In this document: positions 33,384 to 44,290 of the stretch, piece after piece | Layout: each line of letters begins with the position of its first letter | Numbering within the stretch: position 1 is the stretch's first letter | NCBI GenBank assembly: GCA_900314335.1 | Contig: OMUV01000083.1 | Coordinates: 1-44,568, forward strand | Direction of reading: 5' to 3' | DNA: 44,568 nt | Source: an uncultured Prevotellaceae bacterium | GTDB taxonomy: Bacteria; Bacteroidota; Bacteroidia; Bacteroidales; Bacteroidaceae | Made by a program: the position numbers and the translations under genes | Notes under the pieces: generated by a model | Seen by the model: only the letters and a program-made list of their open reading frames with translations | What the model was told of the DNA's origin: nothing | The model's database searches: none

Positions 33384-33900
33384 TGCCTTTGTAACTATAT
33401 GAAAATCAGTGTCTGCGGAAGGCCATAACTACATTTGAGACGAGTAGAACTACCTCAAATGTAGTTTTCCTCAGGTCCTATGTGAGCATCCCAGCACGCG
33501 GGACGGTTTTTTGAAGTGTTGAGAATGCCTTTCCAATAATGGGGAAAAGGGTGCTATTTTCGAATGGCGAAATTAAATCAACCGTATAGGAGGATAACAA
33601 CATATTGATGTATGATTCGTGTTCTGCATATGAGCGAAAAATAACTGGGAGGGCCCCTGCAGCGCGGCCCGCCAGCCGCCGCATAAAGTATAGAAATGAA
33701 TAATGCGCAATGCACCTCTTTGAATATCGTTGGTCCCCTGCATCGCAAATTACTTCGCGCTTTGCCATATTGGGCATGCGGCCGCTGAGGGCAGCGGCCC
33801 TCCCAGATAGAGCCGCTCACACTATAAATTTTCGCTCTTATCAGCCCGCCCCGCAATATGGCAAATGGAATAGAATGCGCATTTATGCGACCCCGGAAAG
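33384..33900 (+). repeat. copy B1 of the intergenic repeat family (head, palindrome, degenerate hairpin and GC-stem modules; no 22-bp array)
   Basis: It shares the head and palindrome with B2/A, the middle stretch with E1/E4, and a 16-bp long-range inverted repeat (33645-33660 / 33791-33806). Confidence 0.85.
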
Positions 33901-33904
33901 AGCG

Positions 33905-34270
33905 ATTTTTGCCTCTTTGTAACTATATGAAAATCAATGTCCCCGGAAGGCCAAAACTACATTTGAGACGAGTAGAACTACCTCAAATGTAGTTTTCCTC
34001 AGGTCCTATGTGAGCATCTCAGCACGCGGGACGGTTTTTGCTATGTGCGCAAACGGCGGTAAGCGCACAGCGAATTTTTCATCTTTCATGTATTCTGACG
34101 TGAGCCCTGAGAGCGAAATTTATTCTCATCCCCTGATGCAGTCTTCTTAATGTGGTATGCCTGATTTTATGTCCTATTAATTCTATGCACGACAGCTGTC
34201 ATGTAAATGCATCGCAGCTGTCGCGTAAACGAATGACAGCTGTCACGCAAATGCGTCACAGCTGTCATGC
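33905..34270 (+). repeat. copy B2 of the intergenic repeat family (array-bearing variant), inverted partner of 23224-23665
   Basis: See 23224-23665. It follows B1 in tandem. Confidence 0.9.
34184..34266 (-). repeat. tandem array of about 4 x 22 bp, the same unit as 23224-23377 in opposite orientation
   Basis: Units end in ...cagctgtc at 34200, 34222, 34244 and 34266. The cores are near-perfect palindromes (tgacagctgtca). It lies about 40 bp downstream of the GH20 stop. Confidence 0.9.
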
Positions 34271-34306
34271 ATAGATTATGTGCCTTGTGTTTCTGTCCTT
34301 GCGGAA

Positions 34307-36265
34307 CTACTTCTTTATATAATTGTAGACGTGGAAGTCTGTGATGCTGCTGTTGAAGCTGCCGGCCTTGGTCAGCGGGAAGACGAGCGTGGAGACAAAG
34401 TAGAAGTGGTTCTTGTACTTGCCCACGGTGAGGTCCAGCGGCTGGCGGTCGGCCACGAGGCGGCCATTGACATAGAGCTGCGTCGATAGGTTGTCGCCCG
34501 TGATGCGTATGCGGTCCTTGCAGCCCGGCGTCACGCGGTAGGGCAGACGGTAGCTGTAGCCGTCGCGCTCGTAGCCCATCATGCCGGTCGCGGGGTCGGC
34601 GAGGTAGAACACGGCCGAGTGCGAGCGGAACAGTTCCGTGCCGGCCTTCTCATTCCGGCCGTTGACTGTGAACTCGATGGTGTAGTTGTATCCTATCTCG
34701 GGTATCGGCATGCTGTCGCCGCTCTTCACCTCGGCGCGCGTGAGCACTTCGCTGTCGGGAGAGCCGTAGAGCGCGCGCTCATTCACCCCGGGGGCTTCGA
34801 TCATGCGGGCGCTGAGGGCGGAGAATTCCTTCCACGGCAGCGTGGTGCCCTTGGCCGTCCAGAATTTCACAGCGAGTGTCTGCATGGCGGGGAAGAGGCG
34901 ATGGTGAATGTCCTTGACCGAGATGCCGTTGCCGTTCTTGTCGTTCCACACGGCGAACATGCCGCCGATGATGGCGGGGCTGTCGTAGTCGATGGTGTCC
35001 TGCGCCACCATGTTGGGCGTCCACTGGTCGTAGAGGAACTGGCAGTTGAGATAGTCGTAGTAGTAGCCGGCCATCGGCACGATGTAGGTGTAGCGGTCGG
35101 GGATGGAGATGCATGTGTAGCCCTGGCGGATCATCTCCTTGGGGTCGGCGTAGCCGTTGTACCACAGGTTCATCCTCACGCCCTTGGCCTTGACGGGCGT
35201 CTTGCCGGCAGCGTGGGTCAGCGAGCCCCAGAGGGAAGCCGTCTTGCCAAACTGCTCCACGTAGCGGAGGAAGTGGTCGGTGTAACGGCGGAATGCCTCG
35301 ACTACGGCGGTGTCCTTGTTGGAATATTCGTCGGTGCCGATGTTCACGTTCTTGCCCGCAAAGACGGGGTCAGGGCCGCTGAGATATTCCTTCCACAGGC
35401 CCTCCATAAAGGTGGTCGATTCGGGATTGAGCAGGTCCAGATGCGTGTCGTCGTAGGTGGGACTCTTGAGGCGCGGATTATACTGGATGAAGCAGCGCGA
35501 ATGGGCCGGCGAGTCGATCTCCGGGATGATGTCCACTCCCTCTGCGGCAGACTCCTTGACGAAGTCGCGGAACTCGGCCTTGGTGTAGGAGCCGTCGATG
35601 GCCGTAAGCCCGGGATAGGTGGCGCACTCGAGGCGGAAGGCCGCGTAGCCCAGCGCATGGGCGGGATTGTCGATATTGGTGGCGCCGTCGTCGTTGAGGT
35701 GCACCTGAAGGGTGTTCATCTTATAATAGGACATTATCCGGACGAGCTTCTTAAGGTAGCTCATCGGGATGTATTTCCTGCCGACATCGAGCATGAAGCC
35801 GCGGACGGAATATTTGGGCACGTCGATGGTGGAGCCGGCGGGGATGCGGCCGCCGTCGAGCTGCGAGAGCTGCAGGATGGTGCGTGTGGCCCAGTAGAGG
35901 CCCGAGGCGGTGGAGGCGGTCACGTCGATGCGTTTGCCGATGCTCATGGTGTATCCCTCAGCGCCGGTCTGTTTGTTGCGGCGTAGAGAGAGGACAATGT
36001 CGCCGGCGCCGGCCTTTTTGCCGCTCGCGATGGCGAGATTTTGGCCCGTGAGGGTGTGATAGTCGGCGGCCAGTGACTGAGCTGCGGCCTTAGCCTCGCT
36101 TCCGGCGTAGAGGATGCGCGTGGAGGAGGTCAGGGTAAAGTTTCCCTCGCCGCCTTTCCATGAGGTCAGTTCGGGCACAACAAACGGTTTCTTGTTCACA
36201 GCCAACGTGCAGGGGCCGAGGAGCAGCGCTGCGAGCAGCAGGGCGAGTCGTATGGGGCGTACCAT
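34307..36265 (-). CDS. glycoside hydrolase family 20 beta-N-acetylhexosaminidase
   Basis: 652 aa with a signal peptide. Motifs include VRGFMLDVGRKYIPMSYLKKLVRIMSYYKMNTLQVHLNDD, IIPEIDSPAHS and NIGTDEY (catalytic D-E pair). Confidence 0.9.
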   Translation of the reverse strand: MVRPIRLALLLAALLLGPCTLAVNKKPFVVPELTSWKGGEGNFTLTSSTRILYAGSEAKAAAQSLAADYHTLTGQNLAIASGKKAGAGDIVLSLRRNKQTGAEGYTMSIGKRIDVTASTASGLYWATRTILQLSQLDGGRIPAGSTIDVPKYSVRGFMLDVGRKYIPMSYLKKLVRIMSYYKMNTLQVHLNDDGATNIDNPAHALGYAAFRLECATYPGLTAIDGSYTKAEFRDFVKESAAEGVDIIPEIDSPAHSRCFIQYNPRLKSPTYDDTHLDLLNPESTTFMEGLWKEYLSGPDPVFAGKNVNIGTDEYSNKDTAVVEAFRRYTDHFLRYVEQFGKTASLWGSLTHAAGKTPVKAKGVRMNLWYNGYADPKEMIRQGYTCISIPDRYTYIVPMAGYYYDYLNCQFLYDQWTPNMVAQDTIDYDSPAIIGGMFAVWNDKNGNGISVKDIHHRLFPAMQTLAVKFWTAKGTTLPWKEFSALSARMIEAPGVNERALYGSPDSEVLTRAEVKSGDSMPIPEIGYNYTIEFTVNGRNEKAGTELFRSHSAVFYLADPATGMMGYERDGYSYRLPYRVTPGCKDRIRITGDNLSTQLYVNGRLVADRQPLDLTVGKYKNHFYFVSTLVFPLTKAGSFNSSITDFHVYNYIKK

Positions 36266-36268
36266 GAT

Positions 36269-37057
36269 CTATTTGTTTGAGAGTTTCAGCAGGTAGAAGG
36301 CCGATGTGGTGAAAAAGTCGCGCAGGTAGGGCACAGCGGCCAGCGGCTTCCACAGTGTGCGCGGCGTGAGGCCGAACTTGGCCTTGTAGTGGGGGTTGAT
36401 AAACCAGAAGTGGCGGTCGTAGATGCTCAGGCCCGCCTTTCTGGCCGTCTTCTCGAAGTGCTCTATCGTGGTGCGTGTGGCGCGGATATTGAGCAGTTCC
36501 CTCATCTCGCTCTCGCCCGAGGAGACGCTTCCGAGGATCAGCGTGTAGAAGGGCATGGGCAGCAGGTGGATGAACGGCATGTGAGAGATGAATCCGTTGT
36601 GGCTGATCTGCTGGTGGCCTCCGAAGGGCATATACCACGCGGGAAATCCGAAAAAGGCCGTCCCGTCGGGCTTGAGGAAGCGTGCGGCGGCCCTGAGGAA
36701 GCCCTCCTTGTCGGGCACATGCTCGATGACATCGTGCGCCAGCACTATGTCGTATTTTCCGGTGAATTCATCTCCGAGCTTCGAGGCGTCGGAGCAGATG
36801 AACTGCCCTTTCTCACCGTCCTGTGCAAAGAACGTCTCCGCCTGCTCCACTCTCTCCTTTACGATATCTACTCCGGTCACCTCGTGCCCGCGGTGGGCGA
36901 ACGGCTCGAGGTTACCGCCTTCGCCGCAGCCTATCTCCAGTATGCGCATGCCCGGGGAGAGCACTCCGTGTGACTGCAGGTAGGGTATATAGTATGCCTC
37001 GCTCGTAGTGGCGAGCTCATTGAAGTAGCTGCGACGGTCCAAATGTCTGTTCTGCAT
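36269..37057 (-). CDS. class I SAM-dependent methyltransferase
   Basis: 262 aa with motif I (ILEIGCGEGGNL) and post-I/II blocks. Its stop is 3 nt from the GH20 start. Confidence 0.85.
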   Translation of the reverse strand: MQNRHLDRRSYFNELATTSEAYYIPYLQSHGVLSPGMRILEIGCGEGGNLEPFAHRGHEVTGVDIVKERVEQAETFFAQDGEKGQFICSDASKLGDEFTGKYDIVLAHDVIEHVPDKEGFLRAAARFLKPDGTAFFGFPAWYMPFGGHQQISHNGFISHMPFIHLLPMPFYTLILGSVSSGESEMRELLNIRATRTTIEHFEKTARKAGLSIYDRHFWFINPHYKAKFGLTPRTLWKPLAAVPYLRDFFTTSAFYLLKLSNK

Positions 37058-37095
37058 TTTAGAAACTTTAGTATTTGCGGCTTTCTAAACGTTTG

Positions 37096-37103
37096 CAAAG
37101 TTA
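37096..37103 (-). promoter_or_regulatory. -7 promoter box (TAacTTTG) for the methyltransferase-GH20 operon
   Basis: The minus strand reads TAACTTTG, 39 nt upstream of the ATG at 37057. Confidence 0.5.
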
Positions 37104-37123
37104 GAAAATCCAAATTGATTTAC

Positions 37124-37131
37124 TATTTTTG
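37124..37131 (+). promoter_or_regulatory. -7 promoter box (TAttTTTG) for the divergent kinase-like gene
   Basis: The plus strand reads TATTTTTG, 43 nt upstream of the ATG at 37174. Confidence 0.5.
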
Positions 37132-37173
37132 TAGCGTAAAAATATAGATACTTCCACCGTAAGAGCGCAGCGC

Positions 37174-37938
37174 ATGAGAAAAATAGTGATTAATCCCGCT
37201 TATGAAGGCCTTGATTCTCTCAGGGATCTTGTGAAGGCCATCGACGAGCGTTTCCCTGAGGGCGATCTCATCCAGAAGGGCAGTCGCAATGAGCTCCGCC
37301 GCCTCGCTCTCGACGGCGTGGAGGGCGGCCGTGTGGTCGTGAAGCATTTCGGCCGTCCCAATCCCATTAATCGCGTGGCGTACACCTTCCTGCGCGCTCC
37401 CAAGGGCGTCCGCGCCTATCGCTACGCCCTGCGTGTCAGGGAGGCGGGCTTCGACACGCCCGCGCCGCTGGCCTATGTGGAGCACCGGCGCGGCGGACTG
37501 GTAGCGGACAGCTATCTGGTGAGCACCGAATGCCCCTACTCGCGGCGCTTCTACGAGTTTGGCGACGCCGACGCATCCTCCGCCAGGGACATCATACGTG
37601 CCTTCACGCGGCGAACGGCGGCCTTCCACGCGGCGGGCATGCTGCACAAGGACTTCTCGCCCGGCAATATCCTCTTCGATAGGGTGGACGGGGAGTGGCG
37701 GTTCGCCATCGTGGACATCAATCGTATGCGCTTCGGGAAGGTGAGCCTGGAGCGGGGATGCGCCAACTTTGCGCGGCTCTGGGGCAGCCTGGACTTCTTT
37801 CGCATCATCGCCGACGAGTATGCCCGCTGCCGCCACGCCGATGCCGACTATTGCTTCTCGCTGATACGCCGCGCCCGCCGCCGCTTCTGGGTGCGCTTCG
37901 CCCGCCGCCACCGTGTCAAATACCACCTCGAGCTGTGA
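37174..37938 (+). CDS. lipopolysaccharide (Kdo/WaaP/InaA-type) kinase family protein
   Basis: 254 aa. HAAGMLHKDFSPGNILF...FAIVDINRM matches the HxDxxxxN...D catalytic and Mg loops of the LPS kinase family. Confidence 0.7.
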   Translation: MRKIVINPAYEGLDSLRDLVKAIDERFPEGDLIQKGSRNELRRLALDGVEGGRVVVKHFGRPNPINRVAYTFLRAPKGVRAYRYALRVREAGFDTPAPLAYVEHRRGGLVADSYLVSTECPYSRRFYEFGDADASSARDIIRAFTRRTAAFHAAGMLHKDFSPGNILFDRVDGEWRFAIVDINRMRFGKVSLERGCANFARLWGSLDFFRIIADEYARCRHADADYCFSLIRRARRRFWVRFARRHRVKYHLEL

Positions 37939-38061
37939 GCGCCCGAGGGCGTCGCGGCCAGGAGCGTTATGCTGTTCGCAGGGCCTGCGGAGGAGGGGCT
38001 TCAGAGGCAGGGAACGCCTGCAAAAGAGATGATCAATATTGTAAACGACTAAAATAATATT

Positions 38062-40533
38062 ATGCGAAACAGGATTCTTACTCTACTTTTTGCTATGACG
38101 GCCATGGTCGCCGTGGGGCGCAACCACATCCCGACCTCTGAAATACGCTGCCGCGACCCGTTTATTACCGTCGACACCGTCGGCAAGGCCTATTACCTCA
38201 TCGTCTCAAAACGCGGCCCGAATAACGCCAGGCTGTTTGCCTACAAGAGCACCGACCTGAAGTACTGGGACGAGATGGGATATGTATATTATATGCCGTC
38301 CGACTATCCGTGTCCCGACGACTGGTGGGCACCCGATACATATTATTATAAGGGCAAATACTACTGCTTCGTTACCGTGAGAGGCGCGGCCAAGAATATC
38401 CTGCGCGGCGTGACGATACTGCGCTCCGATAAAGGTCCGCTCGGGCCTTATAAGAGCATCATTCCCAAGGATAAGATCTTCATCACTCCCTCGGGAACGC
38501 AATGTCTCGACGGCTCTCTCTACGTGGATGAGGCCGGCACGCCGTGGATACTCTATGCCGTGGAGTGGTGCGGGCCCAACGTGAAGGACAAAGTAGGCGA
38601 GGTGTGGTGTCAGCAGCTCACCGAAGATCTTACGAGCACTGTAGGAGAGCCCGTAAAGCTCTTTGCGGCCAACGAGTCTGGGTGGTCGAAGAACACGGGA
38701 GGGTATGTCACCGATGCGCCGTTTGCTTTCCGCGACGACAAGTCCGGCAATCTGCTCATGCTCTGGTCCAGTTTCTCGCCGAGGTATTCTATAGGTCAAG
38801 CCGTCTCGCAGACAGGAAAACTTACGGGTCCGTGGACGCATGAAAAGCAGATGATTTTCTCCAAGGACGGAGGCCACCAAATGGTGTTTCGCGACCTGCA
38901 GGGCAATCTCAAAATCTCTTTCCACAGTCCCAACAGCAAAACGGAGACCCTTACGATAAGCGACATAGAGATAAAGGACGGAAAGTTTCAGCCTCTGCCG
39001 GCGATGACCTATGACGTGAGCGTCAACGGGAAGGCGCAGGCCGTTCACATCGCGAAGTGCGCGGGTCCGACGAGCAATTACTTCTTCTCTTCCTGCGACT
39101 TTACCGGCTCGGCGTCTGTGAAGGTCAGCTCCGTTTACGATATGCGCTCTGCCAAGCTGGTTTATCCCAAGACCAGACTTACCAAGAGGGAGAGCTCGGC
39201 GTCGTTTACCTCGGCGCGCGAGTTTATGTACTCGCTCGAGCACGACGGCCGCACTACGCCGCTGCTGCTCTTCGGCAACACGCCTGATAAGTACGCCAAG
39301 AGCGTCAAGGATGGCGATGCCGGCGTGATCTACTACGGTGCGGGCGATCATTATCAGGACCATATCGTGCTCCACTCCCACCAGACGCTTTATCTCGCCG
39401 AGGGCGCGATAGTGCACGGCGCTGTGTGGGCCACGGGCGACAGCATCACCATCTGCGGCAGGGGCATCCTGAGCGGCGATATGTGGGAGAGCGACAATGC
39501 GCCGGCCCGCTATATGATTCTCGCCGACCGCTGCAGCCATCTCACCATCAGCGGCATCACGCTCTCCAACACGTGGGGCAATGCAGTGGTGCTGTCCAAC
39601 TCCGACGGCGTGACCATCGACCGCGTGAAGGTCTGCGGAGCCAGGATGACGGACGACGACGCGCTGGACATCTGCAACAGCCGCAATGTGACGGTCACCA
39701 ACAGTTTCTTCCGCTCCAACGGCAGCAACATCGCCGTCAGGGGTATCGACAGGAAGTATCTGGCCTATCAGGATAAGTGGACCGACGCGCGGAAGATAGC
39801 TCCCACGGAGAGCAGCGTCGACACGGTGGCCCCCATCGACGGCTGCGAGGGGATCACGGTGAAGAACTGCGCACTTTGGAACGACCGCGGCGACAATATA
39901 ATGATAGGCAGGGAGTGCGGAGCGGACACCATAAGCGGCATCAAGGTGAGCGACATCGTGGTGATGCATACTTCGCTCGACGCGGGCAGCGCCGGTGAGG
40001 ATACCTGCAAGGCCGTCGTGCACTTGCTTGCTTCCAACGGCATGAACATCTCCGACGGCACATTCAATAAGTTTGACATCTACGGCGACATCGCCGATGT
40101 GATAGCCATCAGGGCGAGGTCGTCCCACACGAGCGGCCCCGACTCCGAAGGCCTGCCCTACACGACGGCGGGAAGCATGGACAGCATCACGTTCTCCGAC
40201 TTCCGCCTCATCAGCAGCGCTGACAAATTTGACACGGGCATCTACCTCGAGGGCGCGTCGGCCGAGGAGGACCTCGACAAGATAGCTCTCAACAACATCC
40301 GGCTCCTCTCGGAGAACATCACGTGGGGCTCGTCCCTGCTCACGGTGAAGGACTTTGTCAACTACTCCCTCAACGGCACGCCCGTGGGCATCGAGAAAGT
40401 GCGCAGCGGCAGGAACGCAGGCGGCGGGGAGATGATCTTTACCACCGATGGTGTGCGTGTGCCTTCCGAGGTGAAGGGCGTCAACATCATCAGAAAGGCG
40501 GACGGCAGCACGAAGAAAAAGGTCGTCCTCTGA
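38062..40533 (+). CDS. secreted fusion of a GH43-like five-bladed propeller (N) and a right-handed parallel beta-helix, pectate-lyase/GH28-like fold (C)
   Basis: 823 aa with a signal peptide. GH43-type blocks are CRDPFITVD, WWAPDTYYYKGKYYCF and CLDGSLYVDEAGTPWILY. The C-half has beta-helix coils: ISGITLSNTWGNAVVLSNSDGVTIDRVKV...DDDALDICNSRNVTVTNSFFRSNGSNIAV. Confidence 0.8.
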   Translation: MRNRILTLLFAMTAMVAVGRNHIPTSEIRCRDPFITVDTVGKAYYLIVSKRGPNNARLFAYKSTDLKYWDEMGYVYYMPSDYPCPDDWWAPDTYYYKGKYYCFVTVRGAAKNILRGVTILRSDKGPLGPYKSIIPKDKIFITPSGTQCLDGSLYVDEAGTPWILYAVEWCGPNVKDKVGEVWCQQLTEDLTSTVGEPVKLFAANESGWSKNTGGYVTDAPFAFRDDKSGNLLMLWSSFSPRYSIGQAVSQTGKLTGPWTHEKQMIFSKDGGHQMVFRDLQGNLKISFHSPNSKTETLTISDIEIKDGKFQPLPAMTYDVSVNGKAQAVHIAKCAGPTSNYFFSSCDFTGSASVKVSSVYDMRSAKLVYPKTRLTKRESSASFTSAREFMYSLEHDGRTTPLLLFGNTPDKYAKSVKDGDAGVIYYGAGDHYQDHIVLHSHQTLYLAEGAIVHGAVWATGDSITICGRGILSGDMWESDNAPARYMILADRCSHLTISGITLSNTWGNAVVLSNSDGVTIDRVKVCGARMTDDDALDICNSRNVTVTNSFFRSNGSNIAVRGIDRKYLAYQDKWTDARKIAPTESSVDTVAPIDGCEGITVKNCALWNDRGDNIMIGRECGADTISGIKVSDIVVMHTSLDAGSAGEDTCKAVVHLLASNGMNISDGTFNKFDIYGDIADVIAIRARSSHTSGPDSEGLPYTTAGSMDSITFSDFRLISSADKFDTGIYLEGASAEEDLDKIALNNIRLLSENITWGSSLLTVKDFVNYSLNGTPVGIEKVRSGRNAGGGEMIFTTDGVRVPSEVKGVNIIRKADGSTKKKVVL

Positions 40534-40536
40534 GCC

Positions 40537-42693
<2,157 letters not shown>

Positions 42694-42711
42694 CCCCGCT
42701 TAATAAAAAAG

Positions 42712-42740
42712 GTCCCCGTCGCCTCTGTGGCTGCGGGGAC
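42712..42740. terminator. bidirectional intrinsic terminator between the convergent ligA and tcdA genes
   Basis: A stem (gtccccg / cggggac, plus 3 more pairs). It is flanked by an A-run on the plus side, which reads as cttttttatt after the hairpin on the minus strand, and by ttattcgttt on the other side. Confidence 0.7.
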
Positions 42741-43676
42741 TTATTCGTTTGTGACGCCGGCCGTGCTGAGCGGCTTTATGACCTTGTCGTCCTGCCATGT
42801 GCCCTTCTTTTTGGCCTCGGCTATGGCGCGGTATTTGCGCAGGTGGGCGGCGGCTTTCTCCGCGGCCTTCGCGGCTGCCTCGTTGCCGGGGATCTCCTCG
42901 GGCGTGATGCGCATGGTGCCGGCGCGGCGGATGAGGTCCTTGACCACCTCGCCGCCGGCTATCAGTCCCGCCGCAGCGGGCACAAAGGCGTCGCTCGCGG
43001 GGATGGTATGGCGCTGGGTGCATTTGCGCATGTCCTTGTTGGGGCAGATGCAGTGGAAGCGGCAGGAGATGCTGTCGTCCTCGATGCTCTCCAGCGGCGG
43101 CTCGGCGCTGAAGACCACCTTGAGGTGAGGTATCTTGAGCTTGCGCAGCTTCTTGCGCATCACCTTGGAGAGCGGGTCCATGTCCGTGTCCCAGATGTCC
43201 GCCACGCGAAAGGCCGTAGGGTCGAGCTTGTAGGCCGCGCCCATGCACGAGATGATGGGAACGCCCAGCGCGTAGCAGCGCTTCACGAGCTCCAGTTTGG
43301 CGGTCACCGTGTCCACACAGTCCACGACGTAATCAAACTGGCTCAGGTCTATGCTGTCCGCGTTGGCCGGCATGTAGAACATCTGGTAGCGGTGGACAAT
43401 GCAGCGCGGATTGATGTCGGCCACGCGCTCGGCGGCCACGTCCACCTTGTGCCGCCCGATGGTCGAGATGGTGGCGTGAAGCTGGCGGTTGACATTGGTG
43501 AGGCAGACACGGTCGTCGTCGAACAAGTCCAGCTCTCCCACGCCGCTGCGCGCCAGCACCTCCACGACATAGCCGCCCACGCCGCCTATTCCGAAGACGG
43601 CCACACGCGAGCCCGCGAGGGTGTCGAGGGCCGGTTTGCCGAGCAGCAACTGTGTGCGCGAAAACTGATTTTGCAT
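42741..43676 (-). CDS. tcdA: tRNA threonylcarbamoyladenosine dehydratase (ThiF/E1-like, TcdA/CsdL) with a C-terminal extension
   Basis: 311 aa. It has the Rossmann motif VAVFGIGGVGGYVVEVLARSGVG, followed by DDDRVCLTNVNRQ. The last ~55 aa are a low-complexity Ala/Lys-rich tail. Confidence 0.8.
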   Translation of the reverse strand: MQNQFSRTQLLLGKPALDTLAGSRVAVFGIGGVGGYVVEVLARSGVGELDLFDDDRVCLTNVNRQLHATISTIGRHKVDVAAERVADINPRCIVHRYQMFYMPANADSIDLSQFDYVVDCVDTVTAKLELVKRCYALGVPIISCMGAAYKLDPTAFRVADIWDTDMDPLSKVMRKKLRKLKIPHLKVVFSAEPPLESIEDDSISCRFHCICPNKDMRKCTQRHTIPASDAFVPAAAGLIAGGEVVKDLIRRAGTMRITPEEIPGNEAAAKAAEKAAAHLRKYRAIAEAKKKGTWQDDKVIKPLSTAGVTNE

Positions 43677-43713
43677 AATCTTCTCCTGATGCCTGATTGG
43701 GATTTCCGGGGTG

Positions 43714-43721
43714 CAAAGTTA
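43714..43721 (-). promoter_or_regulatory. -7 promoter box (TAacTTTG) for tcdA
   Basis: The minus strand reads TAACTTTG, 38 nt upstream of the ATG at 43676. Confidence 0.5.
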
Positions 43722-43994
43722 CGAAAGCATTTCCTTATCGCGGGCGACAGATATGCGGAAAATGCGTCTGCGCCGCCCCGCGCCCCGCGGCTCGTCCCCT
43801 TCGCCGGCCGCGTCATGCCTCGCGCGCACGCATATATATATAATGTATCCTTGCGGCCCTCAGCGGGGACTGCGATTCCGCCTCAGCCGTTAATGAAAAT
43901 CCGCCGCGCCGGGAAAAGTGGCAATGGACAGGATGGATATCATTGCCGGTAATCGCATCCCGGAATGCGTGGTATCCATCCCTGATAAGGCCGG

Positions 43995-44290
43995 AAAATC
44001 GCCTTTGTAAGTGTATGAAAATCAGCGCCCCCGGAAGGTCAAAATTATGTTTGAGACGTTTTGAAATACCTCAAATGTAATTTTGCTCGTCTCAAATGTA
44101 ATTTCCGGGTTGTGCGGAAGTTTTTTTGAGAAGTGGTGGATGCCTTCTCAAATAACGGGAGAAAAGGCTATTGTTTCGGACAGCAAATTTATCCCGGCGG
44201 AGCAGGGGATTGAGGACATATATTATAGGAAATCTTTCCTGCGCACAACGATAGCCCCGCCCGCACTTGCGACGCCTCCAATGGGCCGTT
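43995..44290 (+). repeat. copy E4a of the intergenic repeat family (short form: head, palindrome and hairpin modules)
   Basis: It aligns with 15667-15900 and is about 97% identical to 44291-44520 over the core (44040-44215 vs 44336-44511). Confidence 0.9.
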
